Part shown: piece after piece, positions 51,107 through 63,424 of the stretch
Numbering within the stretch: position 1 is the first letter of the stretch
Layout: every line of letters starts with the position of its first letter
Source: Negaprion brevirostris
Taxonomy: Eukaryota
Reading direction: 5' to 3'
Length of the DNA: 64,000 bases
Assembly: GCA_030324005.1 (NCBI GenBank)
Contig: JARDVH010000059.1
Span: 112,316,082-112,380,081 of the forward strand
Made by a program: the position numbers and the translations under genes
Notes under the pieces: model-generated
Seen by the model: only the letters and a program-made list of their open reading frames with translations
Told to the model about the DNA's origin: nothing
Database searches by the model: none

Positions 51107-53458
51107 TGTAATGACTTCATTCAGGCCATTGAGGTTTGTAAATAAAGGAATTTTGGTGAAGAGACTTCTGCCTCCAAAGACTTATTACAGTGGTGCTGAA
51201 GGAACCTGTTTGCAATCAGCCACTACATGTTGGGGATAAACCATTGTCTGGCAAACATGGCTCTCTTCAGGTAATGGGATACTTTTGACCCTGCCATGGA
51301 AGACTGGGCTCAATATATAGAATGGATGAGGTATTTCTTCAGAGCGAATGACATAGCTTCAGATGAAAAGCAATGGGTTATTTTGCTGACTGCTTGTGGA
51401 CCAGCAGCTTTCGCTGTTACAAGGAGTTTAACCTTTCTGGAGAGACAGGGCACAAACCTTCCAGGAATTGACGGACTGAGTAAAAAGAGTATTATGACTC
51501 TAAGCCACCTCTGATCCTGTGAAGGTACAGGTCTTACTTAGCATTCTGAGAGACAGAGGAGTCAGTCACTCGTTTCCTGACGAAATTAAGATGATTAGCA
51601 GATATTTGTGAATTCGGATTGACATTAAGTGAGACTCTCCGATTGGTGTGCGGAATCAACAATATGACCGTACAAAATGCCTGTTGGTGGAGGTCAAGCT
51701 AGATTGCAAACAAGCATTACAGCTGGCTGCCTTCGGAAAAAGCGGCAAGTGGGGCACAAGTTACAACGTATTTCGATGGAGGTAGACATTCACACCAGTG
51801 CAACTGAGTTAAGGGACCTCCACTGTGGGGCAGGTACAGCCTTAGGAACGCCGCCCTCAGGAAGGATTCGGATATAAGGGAACACAGGTCTGCCTGCAGA
51901 GCCATTGCTAAACAAGGCTGATTTGGGACCAGACAGACAGCAGCCCCTGCAGAATCCCAACCAGCAAGATATTGCATCTGTTGCCAGTATCTGGAGTCGG
52001 AGAAGCAAAACAAAGTTTCAAAACTGACATTTCAGAAAAGGATACGTAGGCCGGGGTACAGGAGAATGCACACCCTGGAAGCTCTACCTACCTCCGAGAA
52101 ACAACTGCTTTGCTTAGGAATGACCAATTCCGAACGTATTAAATTATCCATAAGACTGAATAAGCATCCAATAATAATGGAGTTCGACTCAGGCGCAGCT
52201 GTATCCATAGTAGAAGAAACAGTGTTCAATAAAATTCGCACTGGACTCCAACCCCTATCCCTTGCCGAGACTTCGACAAGACTGAGGACTTATACGTAGG
52301 GGAACCACAAAGTGGTGGGCATAACCCATGTGCCTGTTGCTTATGGAAAACAACTGGTTAGACTACCCTTAAGGGTAGTAGAAGGTTCGGGACCGAGCCT
52401 ATTGGGACGAAATTGGCTGAAGGAGACTCAACTAGACGGTAAAAGTTTTTCAGTTGGAAAATGGTTGCCTGAGCGAAGCTCTGTTCAAATAGCCGGAGGT
52501 CTTTTGGGAAGCACTAGGAACAATTAAAGCAGCAAAAACAACACTACATATTCATCTGGAGGCAGTCCCAAAATTTTGCAAGGCCCGGCTAGTACCTTTT
52601 GCAGTGAGGGGAGAAATGGACATGGAAATCGCGAGATTGGAGCACAACGGCATAATAAAACGGGTTCAGTTTGCAGAATGGGTGGCATCTCTGTAGTGCT
52701 TATTCTAAAGCCGGACGGCTCATTTTGCCTTTGTGGAGATTTGAAATAGCCAATAAACTGGTACGCTCAATCTGATAAATATCCAATTCCCTGGATTGAA
52801 GATTTATATGCAAAATCTCTAAACTAGACATGCTTCATGCATGAAGCTAGACAAAGATCCACAAAAATTTTCCACAATCAACACGTTGAAGGGCCTTTAT
52901 CAGTATAGAAAATTATCCTTTGGGTAATACTAGATGCCCATTCAAAATGGTTGGATGTCTACAAAGTGAACTCAGCAAACACAATGACAACCATCGAGAA
53001 GCCGCGCGCCTCATTCTTGATACACGGAATGTCAGACATACTAGTGTCGAACAACCAATCGGCTTTCATCAGCCAAGAATTCACCAGTTTTATAAGATCA
53101 ACAGGATTCAACACATCAGGACATTACTGTGTCACCTGACATTACGTGGGCTTGCAGAGAGAGCTGTCCAGATTGTAAAAGCCGGCTAAAGAAGCAGCCA
53201 GAGACGTCAAGAGACACCAAACCTACCCCGCTGGTTGTTTGATTATCGGACAACGCCACATGCCACAACGGGAATAGCACCGGCAGAACTACTCATGGGC
53301 AGACGACCCCGCACCATGCTAAGCCTGCTACTCCTGAACTTTGGGGGAGGGTTGCAGAGAAGTGGATAAGCAGGCAAGGAGGCCTATTGCAAGGGCCACG
53401 ACAGCGATCACCGAGGGAGGCATTTTGATGTGGTCTGGGTGAGGAACTTCACAAATGG
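51107..53458 (+). mobile_element. Gypsy/Ty3 (Mag-like) LTR retrotransposon: deleted 5' LTR, gag, protease, partial RT, integrase; defective
   Basis: LTR tgtaat...attaca at 51107-51189. gag FDPAMEDWAQYIE..YFFRANDI; protease MEFDSGAAVSIV; RT PKFCKARLVPFA, LKPDGS..LCGD, DKYPIP.IEDL; integrase DAHSKWLDV, GLAERAVQIVK. Stops and frameshifts throughout. Confidence 0.92.
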
Positions 53459-54309
53459 NNNNNNNNNNNNNNNNNNNNNNNNNNNNNNNNNNNNNNNNNN
53501 NNNNNNNNNNNNNNNNNNNNNNNNNNNNNNNNNNNNNNNNNNNNNNNNNNNNNNNNNNGATCTGGATATTGAATTTGATTAATCAGCCATAATCAAATTC
53601 AGTGGTGGCCCCCAGAAGTTGAAATGGATAGGACTAGGACTGCAGGAAGTTCCCCCAAATCTAAATCCCTAAGACCAAAACCAAATATATTTAGGGGCCT
53701 TAGGGTGGGAAGGATTGGTGTGTGGGCAGATAAGCACAAGGGTGTGGGTGGAGAGGTTGGCCGGGGGATACAAGGTGGGGAGCAAGGGCCATATCTTTGG
53801 GGGAGGGGGAACCCAATGTTGAAAGGAGACTGTTGATGGAGGGTCACTTTTTCAACTTCCCATACATTCCTGAACATAACCCACCAGTCTGAAAATTGAG
53901 TCTGGGTGGGAAGTGGCACTTAAGTGGTCATTAATTGGCCACTGAAGAATTTTAACAGGGGCAAACACTGCTATCTTGGTAAAGGGAGTAAAGCATGCAT
54001 TAGGAATAGCTGCACAGAGAGTCGTTAAGGGCTTAATTGGCATTTTAATGCATGTTGCTGCTAATTAAAGAGACTGCACAACATTTTGGTGGCTAGCATT
54101 TCAATTAATAACTTCAGTTAGTGACCAGCTGTACAGGAATAAACATGGAGATGGCGGGGGTTTTAAATGTATCGGAAAGCTATGCACAACTTTCACTCTC
54201 TGGCTGCTGCTGAAAATTCAAAGCAGCTTTTTGAGACATATCAGGAAGTCTTTCTAAGACTCTGTGGTCATGACTTTCTTAACATTTATTCTGAAAGTTC
54301 CCTGAGCTT

Positions 54310-54605
54310 CACTTGGGGGGAGTCCAAAACTAGGGGTCATAGTTTGAGGATAAGGGCTAAACATTTTAGAACTGAGGTGAAGAGAAATTTCTTCACCCAG
54401 AGGGTGGTGAATGTGTGGGATTCACTCCCACAGAATATAGTTGAGGCCAAAACATTGTGTGATCTCAAAAATAAATTAGATATTGCTCTAGCGGGGGGAA
54501 GGGGCAATCAGGATATTGAATTCAATGGTCAGCTATAATCATGATGAATGGCGGAGTAGGCTCCAAAGGCCGAGCAGCCTACTCCTGCTTTTAGTTTCTA
54601 TCTTT
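54310..54605 (+). mobile_element. CR1 3' end
   Basis: GESKTRGHSLRIRAKHFRTEVKRNFFTQRVVNVWDSLPQ. Confidence 0.88.
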
Positions 54606-55529
54606 CTTGAAAGAGTGATTGCTGTGTTGTTCTATCTCATAGAAGTCATCAGGTGTAAAGGGAGTGTTTGATCATAGGTATCTTACTTAGTGGCACCCCT
54701 TGGCCTGAAGGAGGATTTGGCAGGAGTGCAGGATTTGAGGCCAGGCAGAGCAGCAACAGCTGCAGCAGGAGAGAGGCACCCTAAGCTGAGATGGGTGATG
54801 TGGTATCCTGCCCTGATCTCCAGGTACATGACATCCCTCGTCCTCTTGAGCTCCTCAAACAGGACAAAATTGCCACATCCACATCAACTTCAGTGTCTGA
54901 GCCACTCTGAAACATGCCACTGGGTACCAACTCATCCATTCCGTACCTTCGGTGGTCGCATGATGCATGGCAACATATACTGTTCCACAATAATACTTCT
55001 AAACTGCATGTGAGCACTAAATCTTTACACACTTGGACGCAAGAATCTTAAATTAGACCTAAAATTCCTGATTTAAAGCCATTCTTCCGTCCTTAAAAGC
55101 CACAGCACCATCTTTAGAAATATTTGTGTAAGGGATGTGGGCATTGCTGGCAAGGGCAGTATTTGCTGCCCATACCTAATTGTCCTTGAGAAGGTGATGA
55201 CATGCTTCCTTCTTGAACTGCTACAGTCCACGTGATGTAGGTACACCCACAGTGCTGTTACAGAGGGAGTTACAGGTTTTGACTCAGTGACAGTGAAGGA
55301 ACGACAGCGAAAGATTTTAGACTCTGCTTTCATCCTAAGAACCCCCAAAGTAAAACATTTATGCCCCAGAGCCAATGCAGTGAACTACTGCGAGGCTGAT
55401 CCCTAATGTGAGCTGTAAAGTAGGTTAAAAAAGCTTAGACTTCAGAATAGGTATCAGGGGTTACTTCACCTGAGGGTCAATGCCTAGAAATGTACTCTGC
55501 AAAAGATTCTGGAGTTCAGTACAAAAGGA

Positions 55530-55812
55530 GGACATTTGATCCATCAAGTCTGTACCTACCACAATCCCCCTCCAAGCCCTATTCCCATAACCCTCATTTA
55601 CCCTGTTAATCCCCCTGACGCTAGGGTCAATTTAGCATGGCTAATGGACCTAACCCACACATCTTTGGACTGTGGGAAGAAACCAGAGCACCCAGAGGAA
55701 ACCCACACAGATATGGGAAGAATGTTCAAACTCTACACAGTGACAAGGCCAGAATTGAACCTGGGTCTCTCGTGCTGTGAGGCAGCAGTGCCAACCACTG
55801 TGCCAGCATGCT
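55530..55812 (-). mobile_element. HE1-like SINE
   Basis: Reverse complement of head gcatgctggcacagtggttggcactgctgcctcacagc and the HE1 core. Confidence 0.85.
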
Positions 55813-57247
55813 GCAATTGTTCCAGACGCAGTTAAATTTTAGAAAGGGGAATGAAGGCAACCAGCATAACTTCTTTGGTATGTTGGTTGGGCCATATTCC
55901 TATAATCCAGGCCCTCTCTGAAATATTTCTATTTATGTTCATGGCAATGTCCAGTTTCCATAAATGAATTAACACACCAGTGGACGCAGCAAGACCTACA
56001 ATTTAGTATAGCGAAGAAGAGTAATAGACGTTAGTGTGAACCATCTGATCCTTTTGGTAAAACTGTGAGTCCATTTCACCTACTTAACTTCAGATTGCAA
56101 ATATGATAATCCACAAGTCCTTAGTATCTGAAAGGAGAGTAGAATCATGCAGTATTCTGAATTGTGATCTCAACAAGGTCTTTTAGAAGGACGTAATAGT
56201 ATGTTTTGTTGTAAATTGACTGGTCCCATTAATACAATCTTATTTGCTTTGGCTGTGGTTTCTCCACCAAACCAAAGGTCATGAACCTTTAGTAAATCAT
56301 GAACTGTAACAGTAAGATTTTTTTATTTCAGAATAAACCCAGTTCCATCTCTGCATTTCCTTCTTCGGCTACCATGTCCAGCCTCAATGTGGACGCCAAC
56401 TGAAAATCTCTGTTTCTCTCCAAAGATGCTGCCTGACCTGCAGAGCTTTTTCACATATTTACCAGAATTTTACTTCCTCGTCCACCTGAGCCTTGTAAGA
56501 TCCCGCCTGAGGACAATGGAGAACGTTGTTCTGCGAGCATCGTCCGTCCCAGTAAAATTCCGGCCGTTTTGTTTTTATTTCAGATTCCAGCATCTGAAGT
56601 ATTTTACTTTTGTAATTTTGTCTCTCAATAGGTTTCATTAAGTTCTACACCGAATGTACGTATACTTAAGCATCAGCCCTGCCTACATACATCACCCTGC
56701 ACTTATCTATTATATTACCATTCTGACTCAGTGTAAAGCTTAGAAGGACCTTTGGTCTGCAGTAAATCATGGTCTTGTCAAATTGGAATCATTTCTTTTA
56801 ACTCTCCATTTTAGTTCATTGCACTCTGTCCTGATTCTGAGGACCTGTTAAGTATATCCAACGTTTTTAGTTCCGGTTCGTTTGACCATATTCTTGGTTA
56901 CAATGTCGAGCATACACAATAAAAGTCCCTAATTTAACAGCCACTTGCCTTCTAGTGAGCAATGCTTTAAAGTGATTTATATTTATGGATTCCATCTTAC
57001 GGAGCCATGTTCAGGATCAAGTTGAAGATTGTGATAAAACTTGCTAGTCACGCTGCCAAGTTAACACTTCCTTACAGTATTTTAACTGGTGGAAATGTTA
57101 AAGGTAGTCACTTAAAAAGTTAATTGTCTGCTTAGGAACTGAAGAAACAATGGCTAGAATTTAATGTTTTCCTAGTTTCAGCCTCAGACATCCACAACTA
57201 AGTAACAAGCCCCAAGTTTCAACATTTAGATTCTAAGGGCTTGTAAC

Positions 57248-57457
57248 TGTAATGGCTTCAATCAGGCCATTGAGGTTGGTCTATTGGAGTGTGAACTCTC
57301 TGATTGATAGGCCAATCAGCGAGTATTAAACCGGGAGTGTCTGTTCCTCTGGCACCTCTGAGATAGATTGCTGACTGATAGCACTCTGTGTACTGCTGTT
57401 AGAGTTGTAAATAAAGGGATTTTGTTGAAGGGACTACTGCCTCGAAGACTCATTACA
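57248..57457 (+). mobile_element. Full-length 210-bp Gypsy LTR (3' LTR of the 51107 element, or a solo LTR)
   Basis: tgtaat...attaca termini, internal ccaat and aataaa. Both ends align to 51107-51189. Confidence 0.88.
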
Positions 57458-58275
57458 AGGGCTAGGAATTCTATGGAAAGAACTTACCTCTGACTCTACA
57501 GAGCCTGTTCAACGTTTACAAGGCCCAAGTAAAGATTGTGATGGAATGTCCTCCACAAGGCTCGATGAGTGCTATTTCAAAAACATTTAAGAAGCCCGAC
57601 ACTATCCAAGACAAAAGAGCCAGCTTAACACCCCCCAACCATAAAAGCATGCAAAATAGGAGCAGAGTAAGCCATTTAGCCTTCAGAGCCTCACCTGCCA
57701 TTCATTCAGATCAGAGCTGATCCAATTGTGGCCTTAACTCCACTTTTCTGCCTGCCCCATTAACTCCCTTCTAATTAAAAATCTATCCGACTTGACCTTG
57801 ACATTCAATTTCTCTGCCTCAACTACTATTGGTGAATTCCAAACATTAACAGCCCCTTCGAAGAAAGGATTTCTCCTCTTCTGTTAAATGGGAGATCAAT
57901 TTTTTTGAAACTGTGCCCCGTTGCTCTAGATTTCCCCATGAGGAGAAACGTCTACTCTGGTAAACCTTTGCAATCTTAAATGTTTCAGTACCACCACCTC
58001 TCGTTTTTCTGAAGTCCAATAAGTTTAGGCCCAACTTGCTCAACCTTTACTTACGGACTTCTATCACCTTAAATATTCTTTCCCTCCATCAGCAGCGTAT
58101 GATGGCAGCACACCGTATACCATATACAAGCTGCACTGTAGCAATTTGTCAAGGCTTCTTCAATGGCACCTTCAGTCTCTTCCAAATCCCTAAACTCACC
58201 ACTTAAAAGGACATAGGCAACACACACAGGAATATCACCACCATCCTAATTTGGAGCTATGTCGCTGCCCCTTCA
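57458..58275 (+). mobile_element. L2/CR1-group LINE continuation, with nested antisense CR1 tail (about 57640-58050)
   Basis: YKAQVKIVMECPP-like motif and FKKPDTIQDKRA continue the LINE ending at 51106. Confidence 0.7.
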
Positions 58276-59694
58276 TTGGGTGTCTCCCTTCCCACCCACC
58301 CACCTCAGGAAGTCTGATTTCCAAACCCCTCTCCCCTAAAACAGGGTCTGATTCTCTCGAATATAACCAGTGCTCCAAATCTTAAATTATGAGACAAAAT
58401 TATGTACATTAGCTTTATATTCTCTGGAATTTAGAATGGGAAGAGTTGAATTAATTGATGACTTTAGGATTTTGCAAATAGTTGAGAAGGAAGCTAGAAA
58501 TGAATTTTGTTTCCTTCGGGGAAAATCTAGAGGAAGGTCTTAATGTTAAAATTATAGCTGGGCCATTCAGGAGCGAACTTTGGAAACTCATTTCTTTCAT
58601 GCGACAGGTGGTGGAAGCGGGGAACATTAAATGCAAACTCAATTAATACATCTGAAACCAATAAGTTTGTGCCCGACAAAGTTATACAAGGACATGAAAT
58701 CAAAACAAGTGGAACAAGTTAACTTGTAGGTCAGCTGATCTCATTAAATGGTGGAACAGGCCTGAGGGATTCAGTGGCCTAGATATGTTCCTATGCGTGT
58801 GTGTTTTAAAATTCTTATTTTTTGCGTGTTCCCCTCTTAACTACCCAAGAGTTATGCACCATAAAATGCCAGCCAAAAAAAGTGTACCTTATCCTGCTGC
58901 AGCCTCTAATGCTACCTGCTAGGTATGAAAGAACAGCTTAGGTTGCTCTGCCCAAAACTTTTTCCCCTTTGCTTTCTATGATGCAACAGCACCTCAACCT
59001 TTTGATACAACTGAGACTGTTGATATAGTACATGGAAAATCACGGATCGCATCACTCTTTGACACAGGGTTTTGGGGTTTCAGCGCATGATGATATGTTG
59101 CTTTTTTTATTCTTGTTCAAACTTTTGCCAAGAGGGTGAAAATGTTAATTTATGGCAAAAAAACAATGGGATATAATTTAAAATATTCAAGACAAGAAGA
59201 ATACTGTACATTTTCTGAGAGGTGCTACGTTAATTCTGAGAAATATATAAATATGAATGTGGAAGAGTGCTGTGATGGACTTCAGTTATCATTGTCAGAT
59301 TTAGCATCAGTACTGATCAGCAGGAAAATCTTGAAGTCAATCATTAAAATCCACTGTTGTCGTCCACTTAAATCAAATGGATGACTAGTGAGCTACAAAG
59401 GTATTAATACAGTTGATGGACTGTTCCACCTTAACGTTGTAGGGTTTGTTCGCTGCTGTTCCCAACTGGTGTACTTTCTCACTGGTGACACCTAGCAGTA
59501 TGTTACCACTGCTTCAGTATTGGTGATTTCCACCAGCAATGAGTCTAAACATCCAAACAAATCTAAATATCCAAACAAGCGAGAAGATTTATTATGTCTC
59601 AAGTTTTGTTCCATCATTTGGCAACTAATGTACATGCTACAAACAGCATGAGTTCTTTTACTCAATGTTCATGTTCTTCCATATCCTTACTTGC

Positions 59695-61015
59695 ATTAAA
59701 TGGTTACAGCACAGAAGGAGCTCATTCAGCCCACTGCGTCTGTGCTGATCCTCTGATGAAACAACTCCCTGTGTGCAATACCCCAGCTTTTCCGTGCAAA
59801 TTTTGCCTTTACAAATAATCCCCCTTTGAAAGTCTCAATTGACCCTGCCTCCACTGCACTCTTAAGCAATGCTTTCCAGATCCTAATCACTTGCTGTGTG
59901 AAAATGTTTTTCTTTGTGTTGCTTTAGTTTATTTTGCCAAATACCTTAAATGTGTCTCTTCTGGTTTTCTATCCCTCCACCATTGATAACAGTTTCCTTC
60001 CTATCTATTCTGTCCAGACCCCGCATAATTTAGAATCACAAATTTCCACTCAAACTTCTCATCTCCAGGGAGAACAGTCCCACCTTTTTCAATCTTTGTA
60101 ACTTAAGTTCCTTGTCCCTGAAACCATTCTCATGAATTCTTTCTGCACCCCCTCTATGCTGCCTTTATGTAATCCCGAGTGTGGTGCCCAGAACTGGACG
60201 CAATACTCCATTTGAGGCCAAATTAGCGTTTCTTGGTTGTTTGATGTAATTCCATTGCTTTCTATGACCCTATTGATAAAACCCAGGATGTCATAGGCTT
60301 TAACTACACACTCAAGCTGTCCTGCCATCTTCAGTGATTTATGCACTTGTACCAAGGTCCCTCTGTTTCTGCATTCCCTTTAGACTTGTATCCTTTATAT
60401 ACTGTTTCTTTGCGTTCTGCCTACCAAAATGGATCACTTAGAACCATAGAACATTACAGCACAGAAACAGTCCTTTTGGCCCTTCTTGGCTGTGCCAAAC
60501 CATTTTTCTGCCTAGTCCCACTGACCTGCACCTGGACCATATCCCTCCACACCCCTCTCACTTCATACTTTTCTGAATTAAATTTCAGCTGTGACAAGTC
60601 CACCCATTCCACCAAACTAGCCTTTTGAAGTTCTGTCATTGTTCACATATGCAAATTACATATCATGTGCAAATTTCAAAATTGTGCCCTGTACACCAGT
60701 GTCCAGGGCATTACAAATGTTAGATGAGCAGAGATCCAAAGGGATCTCCACTAGTAACCTTCTTCCAGTCTGAAAGACAATCATTCACCACTATTATTTG
60801 TTTCTTTTTGCTCGTCTACTTGTATATTCCTATTACTATTGTCCCTTGTATTCGATGAGCACTATATCTGTTCAACTGTTTTGTGACACTTTACGAAATG
60901 TCTTTTGGAAGTCCATGTAGAGTACATCAGCAGTAAACACTTAACAAATCTTTGTTAGCTCACCAAAAAACCAAAGCAAAGTAGCTAAACACGATTTTCC
61001 CTTAACAAATCCACA
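59695..61015 (-). mobile_element. Decayed CR1 3' region with a nested CR1 tail (about 60440-60558)
   Basis: ORF 60089..60355 VQVHKSLKMAGQ...MEYCVQFWAPH. Nested tail is flanked by tcactt repeats. Confidence 0.78.
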
Positions 61016-61199
61016 TTGGCTTGTTTAAATGTGTCTTAAATAAAAAATATATTTTCGTATAACGATAAATATTATATGTATTGCTAGATGTCCTGTTTCC
61101 AAATGCCATAAGTTAATGTTTCACCTCTGATAGTTACTTAGTGTACATGAAATCTAACTTCATAACTCTTTCCTGTTCTTTGCTTGCACTGTTACAAAG

Positions 61200-61223
61200 A
61201 TGATGCATCTGACAAAGCAGATG
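61200..61223 (+). CDS. CLASP2: CLASP2 24-nt alternative microexon (DDASDKAD)
   Basis: Acceptor caaag|, donor |gtaaga; symmetric phase 1-1. Matches recalled human EDTSDKLD. Branch point ctaac (61154-61158), pyrimidine tract and tgcttgc lie upstream. Confidence 0.9.
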
Positions 61224-61717
61224 GTAAGAAAATTGCCTACCTCTCTTTTTAAAACCATGTTATAGATCTATAACTGACATGTTTTAATATGCTTGAGTTT
61301 AAGTGCTAGATTTAACATTGCATATTGTTATGTCTCTTAATTGGAAGCCTGAGGAGTAGTCATTTATGTCAACTTGCTAAAATGTGGAACATATGGGCAA
61401 GCTGCTCCCTTGAAAATTGTCCCATTAAGAGACAGTGCCAACAGCTGCTATATGGTATAATACATTTGTCATAAGTATGCAATTCAAAATTAACAATTTG
61501 CAATTTCCCTGACAAGCTTGTAAATCCCAAGTTGTCTCGTACTTTTTTTTTCAGTCATTGTTTTCCATAAATGTTTACAAGTTCATCAATAATCCCTGAA
61601 ACAAAATCAAGGTGCATTTCTAAATTCAGCAAGTAATTTTACAGTCAAAAGTTATAATCATAATAACTGTACTAAGATTATTTACACTGTCAATTGGGAG
61701 CAATTTTCTTTTTTGAG

Positions 61718-61735
61718 GAATTGCACTTGAAGATG
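61718..61735 (+). other. CLASP2: 18-nt microexon-like sequence (GIALED) lacking a GT donor
   Basis: ttttcttttttgag|gaattgcacttgaagatg|caaag. Same position, length and phase as the recalled human GTASED microexon, but no valid 5' splice site. Confidence 0.5.
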
Positions 61736-63248
61736 CAAAGCACCAATAAATTAAATCTAGTTTTTGTAAAACCTGGAAAATTGACTTAGAGTTGTTGATT
61801 TGTTATGTTAAAAAATTGTTCATGATTGTCCTTTTGGAAAAGAAACGTGCTTCCATTACCTGTTTTGGCCTATTTGTGACTCCAAACCTACACCAATGTA
61901 ACTTAACTAGTAGTTCCAACAAAATATGACCGTTTTCTTTGCAAGGACAGAGACGAGGGGCATCATTAACATGGGTTATGTATTTTCAAGCATTTTGAAC
62001 ATTGCAGTCATTCCTCAATTCCATCACCAATTCAACACTTAGTTTTTGTGGCTCAGCTGACTAACCTAGTTGAACTTGGAAGATTTTGAAAATAGATTTT
62101 CCTTATACAGCCTTGTGTTCAAAATACATTTTCAAACATTTAATCCTGTTTGGAAGTATTCTGCTTGTGGATCATTAGTTCTGTACTCAAATAATTTCCT
62201 GACCACAGTCGTAAAGTTGTTTCGGTAGACTTTGATGTGCTCTGTTTAAATCTTCTTTATAGCGAGCTCTTTGGCCCAATACACAGCTGTTGCGTACTTT
62301 TCTTTCTCTTATGGTTTCTGTTTTCTATCTTAATCCTTGTATGCATGTTTTTTACTAATCAGTTTTACTCCCAAAATTGTTTTTTTTCTTCTTTAGATTC
62401 TCATTATCTGTGTTGATATTCATTGTTTATAGAAATTTTACCTTCTCTTGGCCGTTTCAAGTTGCTCTTGAAGTACAGTGAGCAGGGAGGTGGCTGGGCC
62501 AATCCTCCGTAGCAACACTTAGATATTCAGATTCCTCTTCTGTCCCTCTAATTATCACGAGATCTCGTTAGTATCTTGACTACACACCATTAACCAGTAC
62601 TCTCAATTATTGTGTTCTTTAGAATAATGTCATTTGCTATTTGCATTGCTTTTCTTTTCTTCAGTCTTGTCACCCTCCACATTAAGTCACAATTTTCTTG
62701 TACTGACCTATTCCTCAATCTATCCAAATCTTGTTTGCATTTTCTTGTTGCCTTCAAAAGGATGCAGTTTCACCCTTCTATTCCCCCTCACTGAATCTGA
62801 CTTTATTTATGTCCCTATTCAATTAATTTCAAATCCACTTTCTTTCTTGGTCCCCAACTTTTTGTTCCATGTTTTCCAGTGTTATGGCCAAATAACTGTG
62901 CAAAACATCACCAAAGTATAACATTCACTGCATTCCTTAATCCCTTGGTCTTTTGAAAAGCTCCAATATATTTTCCGGATGGCATTCATTTGTATTTTCC
63001 TGTGTTCTCAAATCTGCCTTTCTGAAGTTTGTCTGTTATTCTTACACTCTTCTCCATTATAAATCTGATTTTAATCTCCATCATATGACCAGTGGAGTTT
63101 AGATTATTCAGTAGCATTTTGGTTCAGGTACCCATCACTTTTAAAGGTTTGTATGTTATTGTAAATAATTTGTGCTTGACCAGGCCTTTTTGCACTCTTT
63201 TGTGGGAATATTTTCAAAAATGTTGAAATATACATGGAACAACCTATC

Positions 63249-63375
63249 GGGCTGAATTTTGCCATCCCGCCCACCACAGAAATCGTAACGGGTGGGGCAT
63301 GGACCGTGAAACGGACTGTTGACCTCGGGTGGGATTTTCTGTACTTGGGATAAGCATAGCTGGAAAATCCCACCC
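63249..63375. mobile_element. MITE with imperfect TIRs and 3-bp TSD (Tourist/Harbinger-like)
   Basis: atc|gggctgaattttgcca...ggaaaatcccaccc|atc. Confidence 0.65.
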
Positions 63376-63424
63376 ATCATCTCTGTCAATAGCTTTCCTT
63401 TTTCCAACTTTATTCTCTTTCTAG

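Noticed and set aside
51296-53189. Domesticated Gypsy-derived gene
   Set aside because: Multiple stops, frameshifts and a large pol deletion.
59133-59135. 3-nt microexon (ttttgccaag|agg|gtgaaa)
   Set aside because: Pyrimidine tract and UGC are present, but the donor is weak and there is no homology support. Consistent with chance.
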